DNA from: an uncultured Pelagibacteraceae bacterium
GTDB lineage: Bacteria > Pseudomonadota > Alphaproteobacteria > Pelagibacterales > Pelagibacteraceae
Direction of reading: 5' to 3'
Assembly (NCBI GenBank): GCA_902528175.1
Contig: CABZRN010000003.1
Span: 18,500 to 82,499, forward strand
DNA length: 64,000 bases
Shown: piece after piece, positions 43,056 to 54,906 of the stretch
How the letters are laid out: every line of letters begins with the position of its first letter
Position numbering within the stretch: position 1 is the first letter of the stretch
Made by a program: the position numbers and the translations under genes
The notes under the pieces: generated by a model
What the model saw: only the letters and a program-made list of their open reading frames with translations
Told to the model about the DNA's origin: nothing
Databases searched by the model: none

Positions 43056-43619
43056 GTGAATATTATAATATTTGGCCCTCCTGGCGCAGGTAAAGGTACT
43101 CAAGCTAAATATTTAGAAAAAAAATTAAATAACTTTCAAGTTTCTACAGGCGACATGCTAAGGGAGGAAATTAAAAAAGAAAGTGAAATTGGAAAGAAAA
43201 TAATCAATTATATGAATGAAGGTAAGTTTGTTGATGATGAAATTGTAAATAAACTTATGAAAAATGTTATATTTGACCCTAAAAAAAAAGGCAAACTCAT
43301 TTTTGATGGATATCCGAGAACATTGAAGCAATCAAAAAATTTAGAATTACTGTTAAAAGAGTCTAATCAAAAAATAGATTTTATTTTTTTCTTAAATGTC
43401 AATAAAAGTACAATAGTGCAAAGAATTGAAAAAAGAAAAAAAATTGAAAAAAGATCAGATGATGATCTGACTACTATCTTAAAGAGATATGATACTTATA
43501 TGGAGACAACAAAACCTGTTTTAAATTATTACTCAAATAAACCAAATTTTAACGAAATTGATGGTGGGTTAAAAATCGCTGAAATTACTAGTAAAATCAA
43601 TAGTATTTTGAAGGTTTAA
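43056..43619 (+). CDS. adk: Adenylate kinase (short-LID type)
   Basis: GPPGAGKGT, STGDMLR, DGYPR, RSDD; GTG start. Confidence 0.96.
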   Translation: MNIIIFGPPGAGKGTQAKYLEKKLNNFQVSTGDMLREEIKKESEIGKKIINYMNEGKFVDDEIVNKLMKNVIFDPKKKGKLIFDGYPRTLKQSKNLELLLKESNQKIDFIFFLNVNKSTIVQRIEKRKKIEKRSDDDLTTILKRYDTYMETTKPVLNYYSNKPNFNEIDGGLKIAEITSKINSILKV

Positions 43620-43622
43620 AAG

Positions 43623-43650
43623 TTGACATTAAATTAACTTCTTATATAAA
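43623..43650 (+). promoter_or_regulatory. Putative alpha-operon promoter
   Basis: TTGACA-N16-TATAAA upstream of rpsM. Confidence 0.6.
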
Positions 43651-43673
43651 AGGCTAGATTTTATCTCTAAATT

Positions 43674-44057
43674 ATGGCTCGTATCGCTGGTGTAAATATT
43701 CCACAAAATAAAATTGTCCAAGTTGGACTTACCTATATATATGGTATAGGCGATAAATTTTCTAAACAAATCTGCAAAGATCTTGATATATCTAAACCAA
43801 CAAGAGTTAATCAATTAACAGATGATCAAATTTTAAAAATAAGAGAATATATTGATAAGCATTATTCTGTTGAGGGAGATTTAAGAAGAGATAACTCTAT
43901 GAGTATTAAAAGATTAATTGATTTAGCTTGTTATAGAGGTTCTAGACATAAGAAAAAACTTCCAGTTCGTGGTCAAAGGACTAGATGTAACGCTAGAACT
44001 AGAAAAGGTAAAGCAATAGCAATAGCAGGTAAAAAATTAACGCCACTTAAAAAATAG
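43674..44057 (+). CDS. rpsM: 30S ribosomal protein S13
   Basis: [20 protein letters not shown]. Confidence 0.98.
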   Translation: MARIAGVNIPQNKIVQVGLTYIYGIGDKFSKQICKDLDISKPTRVNQLTDDQILKIREYIDKHYSVEGDLRRDNSMSIKRLIDLACYRGSRHKKKLPVRGQRTRCNARTRKGKAIAIAGKKLTPLKK

Positions 44058-44060
44058 TTT

Positions 44061-44504
44061 ATGTCAAAAAATAAAGAAAATGAAAAAAAGATTGAAAATA
44101 AAGAACAAAAAGAAGTTAAAAAAAGTTCTTATTCAAAAAAGAAAAAAATAAAAAAAAATATAACTAACGGTATAGCATATGTGCAGTCTAGTTTTAATAA
44201 TACGATTGTGTCAATTGCTGATACTCAAGGTAATGTAATTTCATGGTCATCCGCTGGACAAAAAGGTTTTAAGGGATCAAGAAAATCAACGCCATACGCA
44301 GCCCAAATAGCTGCAGATTCTGCAGCAACTAAAGCATTAGAATACGGAATGAAGACTTTAATAGTTGAGATAAAGGGACCTGGTTCTGGTAGAGAAACGG
44401 CACTTAGGGCTTTGCAAGCAAGGGGTTTTAAAATTTTGTCAATAAAAGATACTACACCAATGCCACATAATGGAACTAGACCACCAAAAAAAAGGAGAGT
44501 TTAA
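44061..44504 (+). CDS. rpsK: 30S ribosomal protein S11
   Basis: SFNNT, KSTPYAA, GPGSGRE, PHNG. Confidence 0.98.
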   Translation: MSKNKENEKKIENKEQKEVKKSSYSKKKKIKKNITNGIAYVQSSFNNTIVSIADTQGNVISWSSAGQKGFKGSRKSTPYAAQIAADSAATKALEYGMKTLIVEIKGPGSGRETALRALQARGFKILSIKDTTPMPHNGTRPPKKRRV

Positions 44505-45532
44505 TGGAGAATACAGAAGTAAATATAAAAAATTGGAAGACACTAATTAAACCTGGTAAATTAGATGTAAACCTTAGTGAAGATAAATCATATGCAAAAA
44601 TAGTTGCTGAACCACTTGAAAAGGGATATGGCTTAACTTTAGGAAACTCATTAAGAAGAATATTGCTTTCTTCTATAAGAGGTACAGCTGTGACGGCTAT
44701 TCAAATTGATGGTGTTCTTCACGAGTTTACATCAATAAAAGGTGTTAGGGAGGATGTTACAGATATAGTATTGAACGTAAAATCACTAGCCTTAAAGTGT
44801 AATTCGGAAGGAACTAAAAAATTAATTTTAGATGCCAAAGGACCTGGTGTAATAAAAGCATCAAATATAACTCCTATTAACGAAATAGAAATATTAAACC
44901 CGGATTTAGTAATTTGTAATTTAGATGAAAATACAAACTTTCATATGGAGATGACAGTTGGAAATGGTAAAGGTTATGTTTCAGCAGATTTAAACAAACC
45001 AGAGGAACCACCATTAGGTTTAATTCCAATTGACTCTTTATTTAGCCCTGTAAAAAAAGTATCATACACTGTGAGTACAGCAAGAGAAGGTAAAGCATTA
45101 GATTATGATAAACTCATTATGGAGGTTGAAACTAATGGTTCAATATCTGCTGAGGATGCACTGGCCTATTCTGCAAGAATTTTTCAGGATCAACTAGCAA
45201 TGTTTGTTAATTTTGATGAACCACAAGAAGTCACAATTTCTGAATCGCCAAAAGAACCAGAATTTAATAGAAATCTTTTAAGAAAAGTAGATGAATTGGA
45301 ACTATCAGTAAGATCAATGAATTGTTTGAAAAATGATAATATTATTTACATTGGAGATTTGGTACAAAAATCAGAAGGTGAGATGTTGAGAACTCCTAAT
45401 TTTGGAAGGAAGTCTTTAAATGAAATTAAAGAAATCTTAAATGGAATGTCTTTATATCTTGGAATGGAAATACCAAATTGGCCCCCTGAAAATATAGCTG
45501 AATTGTCTAAAAAGTTAGAGGAAAGCATATAA
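44504..45532 (+). CDS. rpoA: RNA polymerase alpha subunit
   Basis: [32 protein letters not shown]. Confidence 0.99.
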   Translation: MENTEVNIKNWKTLIKPGKLDVNLSEDKSYAKIVAEPLEKGYGLTLGNSLRRILLSSIRGTAVTAIQIDGVLHEFTSIKGVREDVTDIVLNVKSLALKCNSEGTKKLILDAKGPGVIKASNITPINEIEILNPDLVICNLDENTNFHMEMTVGNGKGYVSADLNKPEEPPLGLIPIDSLFSPVKKVSYTVSTAREGKALDYDKLIMEVETNGSISAEDALAYSARIFQDQLAMFVNFDEPQEVTISESPKEPEFNRNLLRKVDELELSVRSMNCLKNDNIIYIGDLVQKSEGEMLRTPNFGRKSLNEIKEILNGMSLYLGMEIPNWPPENIAELSKKLEESI

Positions 45533-45533
45533 A

Positions 45534-45974
45534 ATGAGACATAAGTTAGGTTACAAAAAACTTAATAGAACATCAGAACACAGAAAAGCTTTAATTAAAA
45601 ATATGCTTAATTCGCTTATTAAATATGAGCAAATTATAACAACTTTACCGAAAGCTAAACTGATAAAGCCTCAAGCTGAAAAACTAATAACTTTAGGAAA
45701 AAAAAAAAATTTAACAAACACCAGAGTTTTAATTTCTAAATTACAAGATAAAACAAACGCTAATAAAATCTTAAATACCTTATCAAAAAGATACGAGAAA
45801 AGAGCTGGTGGTTATACTAGAATAATTAAATCAGGTTATAGATACGGAGATAATTCACCTATGGCAGTTATTGAATTTGTAGATAGAGATGTTGAGGCTA
45901 AAAGAAAATTTAAAAAGAAAAAAAAACAAGACCCCAACACAGAAGATAAAAACAAAAAACAAATACCTGCATAA
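45534..45974 (+). CDS. rplQ: 50S ribosomal protein L17
   Basis: MRH, TTLPKAK, GGYTRI, GDNSPM. Confidence 0.98.
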   Translation: MRHKLGYKKLNRTSEHRKALIKNMLNSLIKYEQIITTLPKAKLIKPQAEKLITLGKKKNLTNTRVLISKLQDKTNANKILNTLSKRYEKRAGGYTRIIKSGYRYGDNSPMAVIEFVDRDVEAKRKFKKKKKQDPNTEDKNKKQIPA

Positions 45975-45988
45975 TCAATTTAAGATAA

Positions 45989-46891
45989 ATGAATAGGTCT
46001 TATAAAATAAAACCAATTCATGCCGCTATGCGATTAGATAGATGGATTAAAAATAATATAGGTAAATACCCTCAATCATTGTTAGAAAAATCAATTAGAA
46101 AAGGGAAAATTAAATTAAATAAAAAAAAAACAAACTCTTCGTATAAACTAAAAATAGGAGATGAAGTAAGTTTTTATAATTTCAATTATGAATTCAAAAA
46201 AGTAAAAAATATCAAATATACACCTTCCAAAAAAAATTTAGATGAAAATGAAAAGTCATTAATTGAGGATAATGATGAATTTATAGTAATAAATAAAAAG
46301 GGTGGTGTTTCTGTACAAGGTGGCACTAAATCAAGAAATAATTTGATAGACATTTTTTCTAATAGCAATTTATTTAAAGATACTAAACCTTATTCAGTTC
46401 ATCGGTTAGACAAGGAAACATCAGGTGTTATGATTATAGCTAAAAATTATAATAGTGCAAAATTATTAACTTCATTATTTAGATTAAGAAAAGTTCACAA
46501 AACATATTTAGCTATTTGCCATGGAATATTTAAAAATAAAAAAGGTGAAATAAGAGGTAATTTAGTTAAATATGAAAAAGAAAAAAAAATTTCAGAACTA
46601 GCAATTACTAATTATAATGTAATTAGTTATAACAATTTTTTTAGTTTCCTTGAACTAAAACCAGTTACTGGCAGAAAACATCAACTAAGAAAACAACTTT
46701 CGTTTATGGGTAATCCTATAGTTGGAGATGTAAAATATAATAATATTAAATCAAAAAATAAAGATCAAAAAAAATTAATGCTTCATTCTTACAAGATAAA
46801 ATTTTTAATAAATAACAAGAAATTTAATTTTCAAGCCAAACTTCCTGATTATTTTAACAATTATTTAAATAAAAAAAGATTAATAATTTAA
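45989..46891 (+). CDS. RluA-family pseudouridine synthase with S4 domain (RluC-like)
   Basis: [33 protein letters not shown]. Confidence 0.92.
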   Translation: MNRSYKIKPIHAAMRLDRWIKNNIGKYPQSLLEKSIRKGKIKLNKKKTNSSYKLKIGDEVSFYNFNYEFKKVKNIKYTPSKKNLDENEKSLIEDNDEFIVINKKGGVSVQGGTKSRNNLIDIFSNSNLFKDTKPYSVHRLDKETSGVMIIAKNYNSAKLLTSLFRLRKVHKTYLAICHGIFKNKKGEIRGNLVKYEKEKKISELAITNYNVISYNNFFSFLELKPVTGRKHQLRKQLSFMGNPIVGDVKYNNIKSKNKDQKKLMLHSYKIKFLINNKKFNFQAKLPDYFNNYLNKKRLII

Positions 46892-47500
46892 ATTAATTAA
46901 TAGATTCTTTTTTAATTTCTTCAAAATTTTTTCTTTATCTACTTTTTTGATATTAATTATATTTATAATACCTTTATCTCTTATTCCGCACGGAACAATT
47001 TTTTTATATTCTTCTAAACTGTTCGAATAATTTATAGAAAATCCGTGAAAAGCGATCCATTTTTTTACTCTAATTCCTATTGCTGCAATCTTTTTAATTT
47101 GATTATTATGATTTATCCATATTCCAACATTTTTTCTATCATTAAAAGATTTCATATCTATTTCCTCTAATGTATTGATAATACTTTCTTCTATTGCTGA
47201 TATAAATTTTCTAATATCTTTTTTTCTTTTATTTAAATCAATAACCAAATAACAAATTATTTGACCTGGGCCATGCCATGTAATTTTTCCACCTCTATTT
47301 GTTTTAAAAATTTTTATTGATTTTTCAATAATATCATTCTCTTTGTAACTTGTTCCTGCTGTAAAAATTGATTTATGTTCTAAAAACCATATGAGTTCTC
47401 TTCCATTTTTTAGTGCTAAATTATGAACTCTTTTTTCTAATATATTAATCGCCGTTTTATAATTTACTGGTTTTACTGATTTTTTGATCTCTATATCCAT
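46880..47500 (-). CDS. lipB: Lipoyl(octanoyl) transferase
   Basis: [31 protein letters not shown]. Confidence 0.95.
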   Translation of the reverse strand: MDIEIKKSVKPVNYKTAINILEKRVHNLALKNGRELIWFLEHKSIFTAGTSYKENDIIEKSIKIFKTNRGGKITWHGPGQIICYLVIDLNKRKKDIRKFISAIEESIINTLEEIDMKSFNDRKNVGIWINHNNQIKKIAAIGIRVKKWIAFHGFSINYSNSLEEYKKIVPCGIRDKGIINIINIKKVDKEKILKKLKKNLLINLNY

Positions 47501-47563
47501 TTAAAAATTGTATTATATGTATTTTGCATTAATAGTTCTAATAAATTTTTAAAAAGTAAGAAA

Positions 47564-48943
47564 ATGTCCACTATGAAAAAAAATAAAGATCAAAAGGTAA
47601 ATTTTGAATTTAATAAAGAATATATAAAAGTTATCGTAGAAAAAATTCAAAATAATGATGTCGATTTCCTTTCAAATTCCTTTAAGGAAATGCACCCTGC
47701 TGACGCCGCTGACATTATCGAACATTTAAATCAGAGTGATCGTGAAAATTTGATTAAGTTAAATAATTTTGATATCAATCCTGAGATATTCGTTGAATTA
47801 AACGAAAATATTCAATCCGAGATAGTAAAAATGCTGTCTTCTGAGTCGGTTGTTTTTATACTAAAAAATTTAGAGTCAGATGACGCTATAAAAATATTAG
47901 AAAATATAGAAGAAGAAAATAAAAACCAAATTCTATCTTCTCTACCTCCTAAAGACCGATTTGTACTTTTAGAAAGTTTAAGTTATCCCGAAGATACTGC
48001 TGCTAGAATTATGCAAAGAGAATTCACAGCTATTCCTAGTAATTGGTCTGTTGGTCAAACAATTGATTACCTTAGAGAGAACAAAGATTTACCAGATCAA
48101 TTTTTAGAAATCTATATAATAGACAGTGAATTTAAACCACTTGGAACTGTTCCTTCATCTAAAGTTTTGAGAACATCAAGAGAAACAAAAATGATTGATA
48201 TAATGCTAGAGTCACAAGTAACAATACCAGTAGAAATGGACAAAGAAGAAGTTGGAAGGTTATTTGAAAATTATAACTTAAATTCAGCAGCTGTTATAGA
48301 TAAAAGTGGTAAATTAGTCGGCATGATTACAAGTGATGATATATTAACTGTTTTAAAAGAGGAAGCAGAAGAAGATACTTTAAGATTGGCAGGGGTAGGT
48401 GATGAAGAGATTACAGATGGAGTTATTAAAAAAACTCAAAGACGTTTTAATTGGCTGTTATTAAATTTATTTACTGCTTTTCTTGCAACATGGGTAATTA
48501 GTAAATTTGGTGCAACTATAGAACAAATGGTTGCCTTAGCATTTTTGATGCCAATAGTTGCTTCAATGGGAGGTAATGCAGGCATGCAAACCTTAGCTGT
48601 AACAATAAGAGGAATTGCTACGAACGACTTAACAGAGAGTAATTTTTTAAAGATTGTTTTAAAAGAATTTAATATTGGAGTTCTTAATGGAGTAATTTTT
48701 GCAATTATCAGTGCGTTAATTGTACAGCTATGGTTTAAAGACTATGTATTATCTATAATTATTTCGGTATCTATGATCTTAAATATGATTGTTGCTGGTT
48801 TGTTCGGAATTTTGATACCAGTTACACTTAAAAAATTTAATATAGACCCCGCAATTGCATCAAGTGTTTTTGTAACAACAATTACTGATGTTATTGGTTT
48901 CCTCTCATTTTTAGGAATAGGCGCTTATTTTTTTTACAATTAA
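47564..48943 (+). CDS. mgtE: Magnesium transporter MgtE
   Basis: HPADAAD, CBS pair, MGGNAG.Q, DPAIAS..VTTITD. Confidence 0.95.
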   Translation: MSTMKKNKDQKVNFEFNKEYIKVIVEKIQNNDVDFLSNSFKEMHPADAADIIEHLNQSDRENLIKLNNFDINPEIFVELNENIQSEIVKMLSSESVVFILKNLESDDAIKILENIEEENKNQILSSLPPKDRFVLLESLSYPEDTAARIMQREFTAIPSNWSVGQTIDYLRENKDLPDQFLEIYIIDSEFKPLGTVPSSKVLRTSRETKMIDIMLESQVTIPVEMDKEEVGRLFENYNLNSAAVIDKSGKLVGMITSDDILTVLKEEAEEDTLRLAGVGDEEITDGVIKKTQRRFNWLLLNLFTAFLATWVISKFGATIEQMVALAFLMPIVASMGGNAGMQTLAVTIRGIATNDLTESNFLKIVLKEFNIGVLNGVIFAIISALIVQLWFKDYVLSIIISVSMILNMIVAGLFGILIPVTLKKFNIDPAIASSVFVTTITDVIGFLSFLGIGAYFFYN

Positions 48944-49743
48944 AAATTATCAATTAATCTTACTCCTTGAATATAGAAAGCAATAAAAATTTTCACATCT
49001 TTTTTATTTACTTTTTTACTAAGATTATTTTTGTTTCTCAACTCTAAATATTCGATGTTAAATAATTTATTTCTATTTATAAAATTATTTATTAAAATTT
49101 TATTATTTAAATTTTTTCTTAAAAGATTAAATAATTTTTTTACGTTTGAAACAAGTAATGCAGACGCTTTTATAGATTTTTGATTTAGCAATCCATTTCT
49201 TGATGAATAAGCAAGACCGTTCTTCATTCTAATAGTTTTGCATAATATGGTTTTTACATTCGTATTTTTTTTTAAAAATTCTCTAATTAGTATGTATTGC
49301 TGATAATCTTTTTCACCTAAAAATATTTTATTTATTTTCAATTTTTTGATGAATTGATTAATTACACTTAAAACTCCCTCAAAATGACCTGGTCTATATT
49401 TTGCACATAATATTTTATTCGATTTGCTAATTTTAAACTTCCTTTTTATTTTATTTCCGTAAACATCTTTAACGCGAGGTATTAAAACATAGTCTACTTT
49501 GAGATTATTTAACAATTTAAGATCATTTTGAATATTTTTTGGATATTTATTATAATCTTTTTTATTATTAAATTGAGCGGGGTTAATAAATATACTCACC
49601 AATGTTTTTTTGCATTTTTTTTGTGATTTTTTTATCAAACTCACGTGTCCTTCATGCAAGGCTCCCATAGTTGGTACAAAACCTATATCTGCCTTAAAAT
49701 TAACTTCTTTATTAAGTTTATTAATGCTTTTAAAAATAATCAT
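48940..49743 (-). CDS. panC: Pantoate-beta-alanine ligase
   Basis: VPTMGALHEGH, SIFINPAQF, RPGHF.GV, GEKDYQQ, SSRN, RLIDN. Confidence 0.95.
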   Translation of the reverse strand: MIIFKSINKLNKEVNFKADIGFVPTMGALHEGHVSLIKKSQKKCKKTLVSIFINPAQFNNKKDYNKYPKNIQNDLKLLNNLKVDYVLIPRVKDVYGNKIKRKFKISKSNKILCAKYRPGHFEGVLSVINQFIKKLKINKIFLGEKDYQQYILIREFLKKNTNVKTILCKTIRMKNGLAYSSRNGLLNQKSIKASALLVSNVKKLFNLLRKNLNNKILINNFINRNKLFNIEYLELRNKNNLSKKVNKKDVKIFIAFYIQGVRLIDNF

Positions 49744-49772
49744 TTATGGTACTCCACTAATAATAGTTATTT

Positions 49773-50588
49773 ATGATTAGACAAGCAATAATACCTTTGG
49801 CTGGTCTTGGTACAAGACTTCTGCCATTAACAAGCGTTTTTGCCAAAGAATTATTACCAATGAATGGTAGAGCTGGTATTGAATATATATTAGATGAATG
49901 TATTGATGCTGGAATTAAAGAAGTTGTATTTATAATTTCCAAAAACAAAATGATGATAAAAGATTATTTTTATAAGGATATTTTTTATAAAAAAATCATT
50001 AAAAAAAAAAGTGATAAAAGAATAACTAATGAGTATAGAAAAATCCTAAAATATAAAAAGATGATAAAATTTGTATATCAAAATAAGCCTTTAGGTACTG
50101 GTGATGCCGTACTTAAAACAAAAAAATTTATAAAAGATAAATATTTTTTAATGTTATTACCAGATGATTTAATCGTAAAAAAAAATTGTTCAAAAGACAT
50201 GATTAGTATTAGCATGAAAAATAAATGTTCCGTTATGGCGAGTATGAAAGTAAAAAAAAATAATGTAAGTAGATGGGGCATATATTCGGTATCCAAAAAA
50301 CTTAATAAGGGTAATTTTTTTATTAAAGATGTGATTGAAAAACCAACTATTAAAAAAGCACCTTCTACAAATGCAGTGATAGGTAGATATATTCTTCCAA
50401 AAAAAATATTTTCTAAATTAAAAAATCTTAAACCAGGTAAAGGTGGTGAAATTCATATTACAGATGCAATTAAAAAATTGATAAACGAAGGTGATAAATT
50501 TATTGGACATAAATTCCGTGGTAAATATTTAGATTGCGGAAGTATGTCTGGATACATCAAATCAGGAATAGAAATATCAAAGTTATGA
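49773..50588 (+). CDS. galU: UTP-glucose-1-phosphate uridylyltransferase (GalU-like)
   Basis: AGLGTR, KELLP, PLGTGDAV, LPDD, IEKP, GEIHITDA, DCGS. Confidence 0.85.
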   Translation: MIRQAIIPLAGLGTRLLPLTSVFAKELLPMNGRAGIEYILDECIDAGIKEVVFIISKNKMMIKDYFYKDIFYKKIIKKKSDKRITNEYRKILKYKKMIKFVYQNKPLGTGDAVLKTKKFIKDKYFLMLLPDDLIVKKNCSKDMISISMKNKCSVMASMKVKKNNVSRWGIYSVSKKLNKGNFFIKDVIEKPTIKKAPSTNAVIGRYILPKKIFSKLKNLKPGKGGEIHITDAIKKLINEGDKFIGHKFRGKYLDCGSMSGYIKSGIEISKL

Positions 50589-51883
50589 AACTGTGTATGA
50601 TAGGAACAGGCTATGTTGGCTTGGTTAGCGGGGTTTGTTTTTCAGACCTTGGAAATACTGTTTATTGTGTAGATAATGATATTGAAAAAATTAATGCCCT
50701 TAATAAAGGGATAGTGCCTATATATGAACCTGGTTTAGAGGAAATTTTAAAGCGTAATTATAAACAAAAAAGATTAATTTTTACAAATAATTTAAAAAAG
50801 GCAGTAGAAAACTCTGATATTATATTTATCTGTGTTGGTACTCCCACTAAAAAAAATAGTAACTCGGCTGATTTAAAATATGTTTTTAATGTTGCCAATA
50901 ATTTAAAAAAATTCATAAAAAAATACAAAGTTGTTATCACAAAATCTACAGTACCTGTCACTACTGGTGATAAAATTGAAAAAATTTTGATAAAACAAAA
51001 AAGAAAAAAATTGGTAGATGTTGTTTCTAATCCTGAATTTTTAAGAGAAGGTGAAGCAATAAGAGATTTTTTGAGCCCTGATAGAGTTGTAGTCGGAACT
51101 GATAGTAATAAGGCAAATAAATATCTAAAGAACCTTTATTTACCCATAGTTAAAAAGACAAGCAGATATTTTAGAACTTCAAGACGTGGAGCTGAACTAA
51201 TTAAATATGCATCAAATGCTTTTCTAGCTACAAAGATATCCTATATCAATGAATTAGCAAATCTTTGTGAAAAAACAAATGTTGATATTAAAGAAATTTC
51301 CCAAGGTATGGGCTTAGATCAACGAATAGGGGATAGATTTTTAAGAGCTGGCCCCGCATACGGAGGTTCATGTTTTCCAAAGGATACTAGAGCAATAATA
51401 GATACCTCAAATAAGTTTAAATCAAATTTATCAATTATAAAAGCTGTAATTAAATCAAATGAAGATAGAAAAAAATTATTAACAGAAAAAGTTTACAAAA
51501 TTTTAAATAATAATCTAAAAAATAAATTAATAACTTTTTTAGGAGTTACTTTTAAGCCTAACACTGACGATATGAGAGAAGCATCAAGTTTATATATCTT
51601 ACCAAAATTATTAAAAAAGGGAGCTATTATCAATTATTTTGATCCGTCAGGTAAAAAAAAAGAATTTAAGAAATTTAAAAGAGTTAAATATTGTAAAAAT
51701 ATATCTCAAGCATGCTTTAGATCAGATTTAATAATACTTCACACTGAATGGAATGAATTTAAGACTTTAAATTTCAAAAAATTAATTAAAAAGAGCAATT
51801 TTAAGGTATTTGATATGCGTAATCTATATTCTCCAAAATCAATGAAAAAAAAAGGTATTAACTATTTTGGTATAGGAAGATAG
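50585..51883 (+). CDS. ugd: UDP-glucose 6-dehydrogenase
   Basis: GTGYVGL, SNPEFLREG, YGGSCFPKD, FKPNTDDMRE; start at the ATG at 50585. Confidence 0.93.
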   Translation: MKLCMIGTGYVGLVSGVCFSDLGNTVYCVDNDIEKINALNKGIVPIYEPGLEEILKRNYKQKRLIFTNNLKKAVENSDIIFICVGTPTKKNSNSADLKYVFNVANNLKKFIKKYKVVITKSTVPVTTGDKIEKILIKQKRKKLVDVVSNPEFLREGEAIRDFLSPDRVVVGTDSNKANKYLKNLYLPIVKKTSRYFRTSRRGAELIKYASNAFLATKISYINELANLCEKTNVDIKEISQGMGLDQRIGDRFLRAGPAYGGSCFPKDTRAIIDTSNKFKSNLSIIKAVIKSNEDRKKLLTEKVYKILNNNLKNKLITFLGVTFKPNTDDMREASSLYILPKLLKKGAIINYFDPSGKKKEFKKFKRVKYCKNISQACFRSDLIILHTEWNEFKTLNFKKLIKKSNFKVFDMRNLYSPKSMKKKGINYFGIGR

Positions 51884-51886
51884 TTA

Positions 51887-52345
51887 TTATATTTCAAATA
51901 TTGCATCAATCTCGACTGCAACACCTAACGGTAAGTTATTAACACTAACTGCCGCTCTAGTATGCATTCCTTTATCTTCGAGAATTTTCACCAACATATC
52001 AGAAGCGCCATTAATTACTTTTGGTTGTTCTATAAAATCATTTGTTGAATTAACAAAACCAACTATTTTTACACAAGATTTTATTTTATCTAGATCTCCA
52101 GATAATATTTTCTTTGCTTGAGCTAAAATACTTAGCGCACATCTTTCTGCTGCTTTATATCCTTCTTCTGTATTTAAATCTTTACCTAACTTACCTTTTA
52201 TTAACTCACCGTTTGAGTTCATAGAAATTTGTCCTGAAATATATAATAATTTTCCAACAATTTTACTTGCTAGGTATGATCCTACTGGCGCTGGCGCTTC
52301 AGGTAAAACGATGTTATTTTCTTTTAATCTTTTATCAGCACTCAT
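51887..52345 (-). CDS. RidA/YjgF family protein
   Basis: PVGSY, ISGQI, NGASD, HTRAAV, LPLGVAVEI. Confidence 0.9.
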   Translation of the reverse strand: MSADKRLKENNIVLPEAPAPVGSYLASKIVGKLLYISGQISMNSNGELIKGKLGKDLNTEEGYKAAERCALSILAQAKKILSGDLDKIKSCVKIVGFVNSTNDFIEQPKVINGASDMLVKILEDKGMHTRAAVSVNNLPLGVAVEIDAIFEI

Positions 52346-54906
52346 TTATTTTTTTTCTTTTTACCTCTATCGTATTCTTTTCTTTTCTCAATCAAAATCA
52401 ATCCCTCCTCCATTGTTAGTTCAGCTGGATCTTTCTCTTCAGGAATTGTAGCATTTAATGATTTATATTTAATGTAAGGTCCGTACTGACCCTTCATAAT
52501 TCTAACAGGTTTTTTGTCTTCTGGATGTTCACCTAAATCTTTTATAATAGAAGACGAAATTCTACCTGGCTTAGCTTCTGATATTAAAGTTATTGCTCTG
52601 TTTAATCCAATATTAAATAATTCATCAATATTTTCTAATCTTGCGGATTTATTATTGCATTTTAAATATGGACCAAATCGACCAACATTTATTGTAATAT
52701 CTTTCTCAAAATCTGGATGTTTACCAATTATTTTAGGAAGTGAGCATAAATATTTTGCCTTATCAAGATCAACATTTTCTATATCTAAACCTTTTGGTAT
52801 TGATACATTTTTAAAGTTACTTTCTTCTTTCTTTTTCTTTTTGGTTTTAATTTTCGGTTTTTTAATATTTTCTATTTCTTCATCGCTTAGTTCGTATTGC
52901 AAATAAGGTCCAAATCTTCCATTTTTTAAATAAATATCCTTACCGATATCATTTTTTCCTATTAATTTAGGTTCTGCCAAATTCACTTGTTGCGATGCTT
53001 TAATTTTAGAAAGAGGTCTTGTGAATTTACATTCTGGATAACCAGAACACCCAATAAATGCACCCCCTCTAAAGCTATTCTTTAGACTTAATTCTCCTGT
53101 ATGACAAAGCTTACATTTTCTATCAATTTTACCATTTTCATCTGTATCAAATATTAACTTTCCCAAACTTTCATTTAATAAATCAAGCACTTCACGTGTT
53201 CTCTTTTCTTTTACATTCGAAACATTTTTATTAAAATCTATCCAAAACTGATCCAAAACTTTAATCCAGTTTTCTTTTCCTGATGTAATATCATCCAATT
53301 GATCTTCAAGTTTAGCAGTAAAATCATAGTCAACATATCTTGAAAAAAGTTTTTCCAAAAAGGCAGATAGTAATTTTCCTCTATCGGTTGGAAAAAATCT
53401 CTTATTTACTATATCAGCATATCCTCTATTAGATATAACAGAGATTATACTTGCATATGTTGAGGGACGACCAATTCCTAATTCTTCTAATTTTTTAACT
53501 AAACTTGATTCTGAAAAGCGTGGAGGTGGTTGTGTAAAATGTTGCTCATCATTAAATTCTTTAATTTCGATTGGTCCTTTAGATACTTCAGGTAATATTT
53601 TTTCATCTTCATTTTCATCAATTTTCTGAAGTTTTAAAAACCCATCAAATTTTATAGTTGAGCCACTAGATTTTAATATATTCTTTCCATCTTCTGAGGT
53701 AATTAATATAGTTTTTCTATCAAATTTAGCTGGCTGCATCTGAGATGATATAGCTCTAGACCAAATAAGATCATATAATTTATACTGATCTGTACTTAAA
53801 TATTTTTTTATACTTTGAGGTGAATTTTTTATTTCTGTTGGTCTGATTGCTTCATGTGCTTCTTGTGCATTTTTTGCTTTTTTACCTGAATAATTATTAG
53901 CTTGCTCGGGAAGATAATCGCTACCATAATTTTCCTCTATATATTTTCTAAATAATGGAATTGCCTCTTTAGATATATTGGTACCATCAGTCCTTATATA
54001 AGTTATTAAACCTCTCGTATCCCCATCTATTTCGATACCTTGATAGAGTCTTTGTGCAATTTGCATTGTTCTTGATGCACCGAAACCTAATTTACTTGAT
54101 GCAGATTGCTGAAGAGTTGAAGTTGTGAAAGGCCCTGATGGATTTCTTGTATAAACTTTTGAGCTTATATCTTTGATTAAGTATTTTTTATCTTTAATTT
54201 TTGATATTGCATTATTTATATCTTCTTTATTTCTAAAACTAAATTTTACAATTTTTTCTCCGTTTAACTCAGATATTGATGACGAAAGAAAATTATGTGA
54301 TGAATTAACGAAATTTACATTTAACGACCAAAATTCTTCCGGATTAAATACTTCAATTTCATGTTCTCTTTCAGTTAACAATCTTAAAGCTACAGATTGA
54401 ACCCTACCAGCTGACTTAGAGCCTGGTAATTTAGTCCATAGTATTGGCGAAATGTTAAAACCTACTAAATAATCTAAAGCTCTTCTAGCCATATAAGCAT
54501 CTACAAGTTGACTTTCAAGCGATCTAGGGTTCTCTATACCACTTATGACTGCTTTTTTTGTGATTTCATTAAACACTACTCTTTCAATTTTTTTGTCTTT
54601 AAGAATATTTTTTTCATCTAAAAATTCTTTAACATGCCATGCTATCGCTTCACCTTCACGATCAGGGTCAGTAGCTAGAATAATTTTTTCAGAATCTTTA
54701 GCTGCATCAGTAATTTCTTTTAAATATTTTTTCGAAAAACTATCTACTTCCCATATCATTTTAAATTCATTTTCTGGATCTACAGATCCATTTTTAGATG
54801 GTAAATCTCTTATATGACCATAACTGGCAAGAACTGTATAATCTTTTCCTAAATATTTGTTTATTGTTTTTGCTTTAGCTGGACTTTCTACAATGACTAA
54901 ATTCAT
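52342..54906 (-). CDS. topA: DNA topoisomerase I
   Basis: VESPAK, DPDREGEAI, SAGRVQS, LITYIRTD, AHEAIRPT, GIGRPSTYA. Confidence 0.98.
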   Translation of the reverse strand: MNLVIVESPAKAKTINKYLGKDYTVLASYGHIRDLPSKNGSVDPENEFKMIWEVDSFSKKYLKEITDAAKDSEKIILATDPDREGEAIAWHVKEFLDEKNILKDKKIERVVFNEITKKAVISGIENPRSLESQLVDAYMARRALDYLVGFNISPILWTKLPGSKSAGRVQSVALRLLTEREHEIEVFNPEEFWSLNVNFVNSSHNFLSSSISELNGEKIVKFSFRNKEDINNAISKIKDKKYLIKDISSKVYTRNPSGPFTTSTLQQSASSKLGFGASRTMQIAQRLYQGIEIDGDTRGLITYIRTDGTNISKEAIPLFRKYIEENYGSDYLPEQANNYSGKKAKNAQEAHEAIRPTEIKNSPQSIKKYLSTDQYKLYDLIWSRAISSQMQPAKFDRKTILITSEDGKNILKSSGSTIKFDGFLKLQKIDENEDEKILPEVSKGPIEIKEFNDEQHFTQPPPRFSESSLVKKLEELGIGRPSTYASIISVISNRGYADIVNKRFFPTDRGKLLSAFLEKLFSRYVDYDFTAKLEDQLDDITSGKENWIKVLDQFWIDFNKNVSNVKEKRTREVLDLLNESLGKLIFDTDENGKIDRKCKLCHTGELSLKNSFRGGAFIGCSGYPECKFTRPLSKIKASQQVNLAEPKLIGKNDIGKDIYLKNGRFGPYLQYELSDEEIENIKKPKIKTKKKKKEESNFKNVSIPKGLDIENVDLDKAKYLCSLPKIIGKHPDFEKDITINVGRFGPYLKCNNKSARLENIDELFNIGLNRAITLISEAKPGRISSSIIKDLGEHPEDKKPVRIMKGQYGPYIKYKSLNATIPEEKDPAELTMEEGLILIEKRKEYDRGKKKKNK

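Noticed and set aside
53988-54002. TopA active-site variant YIRTD instead of YMRTD
   Set aside because: Conservative change; the catalytic Tyr and Arg are intact.
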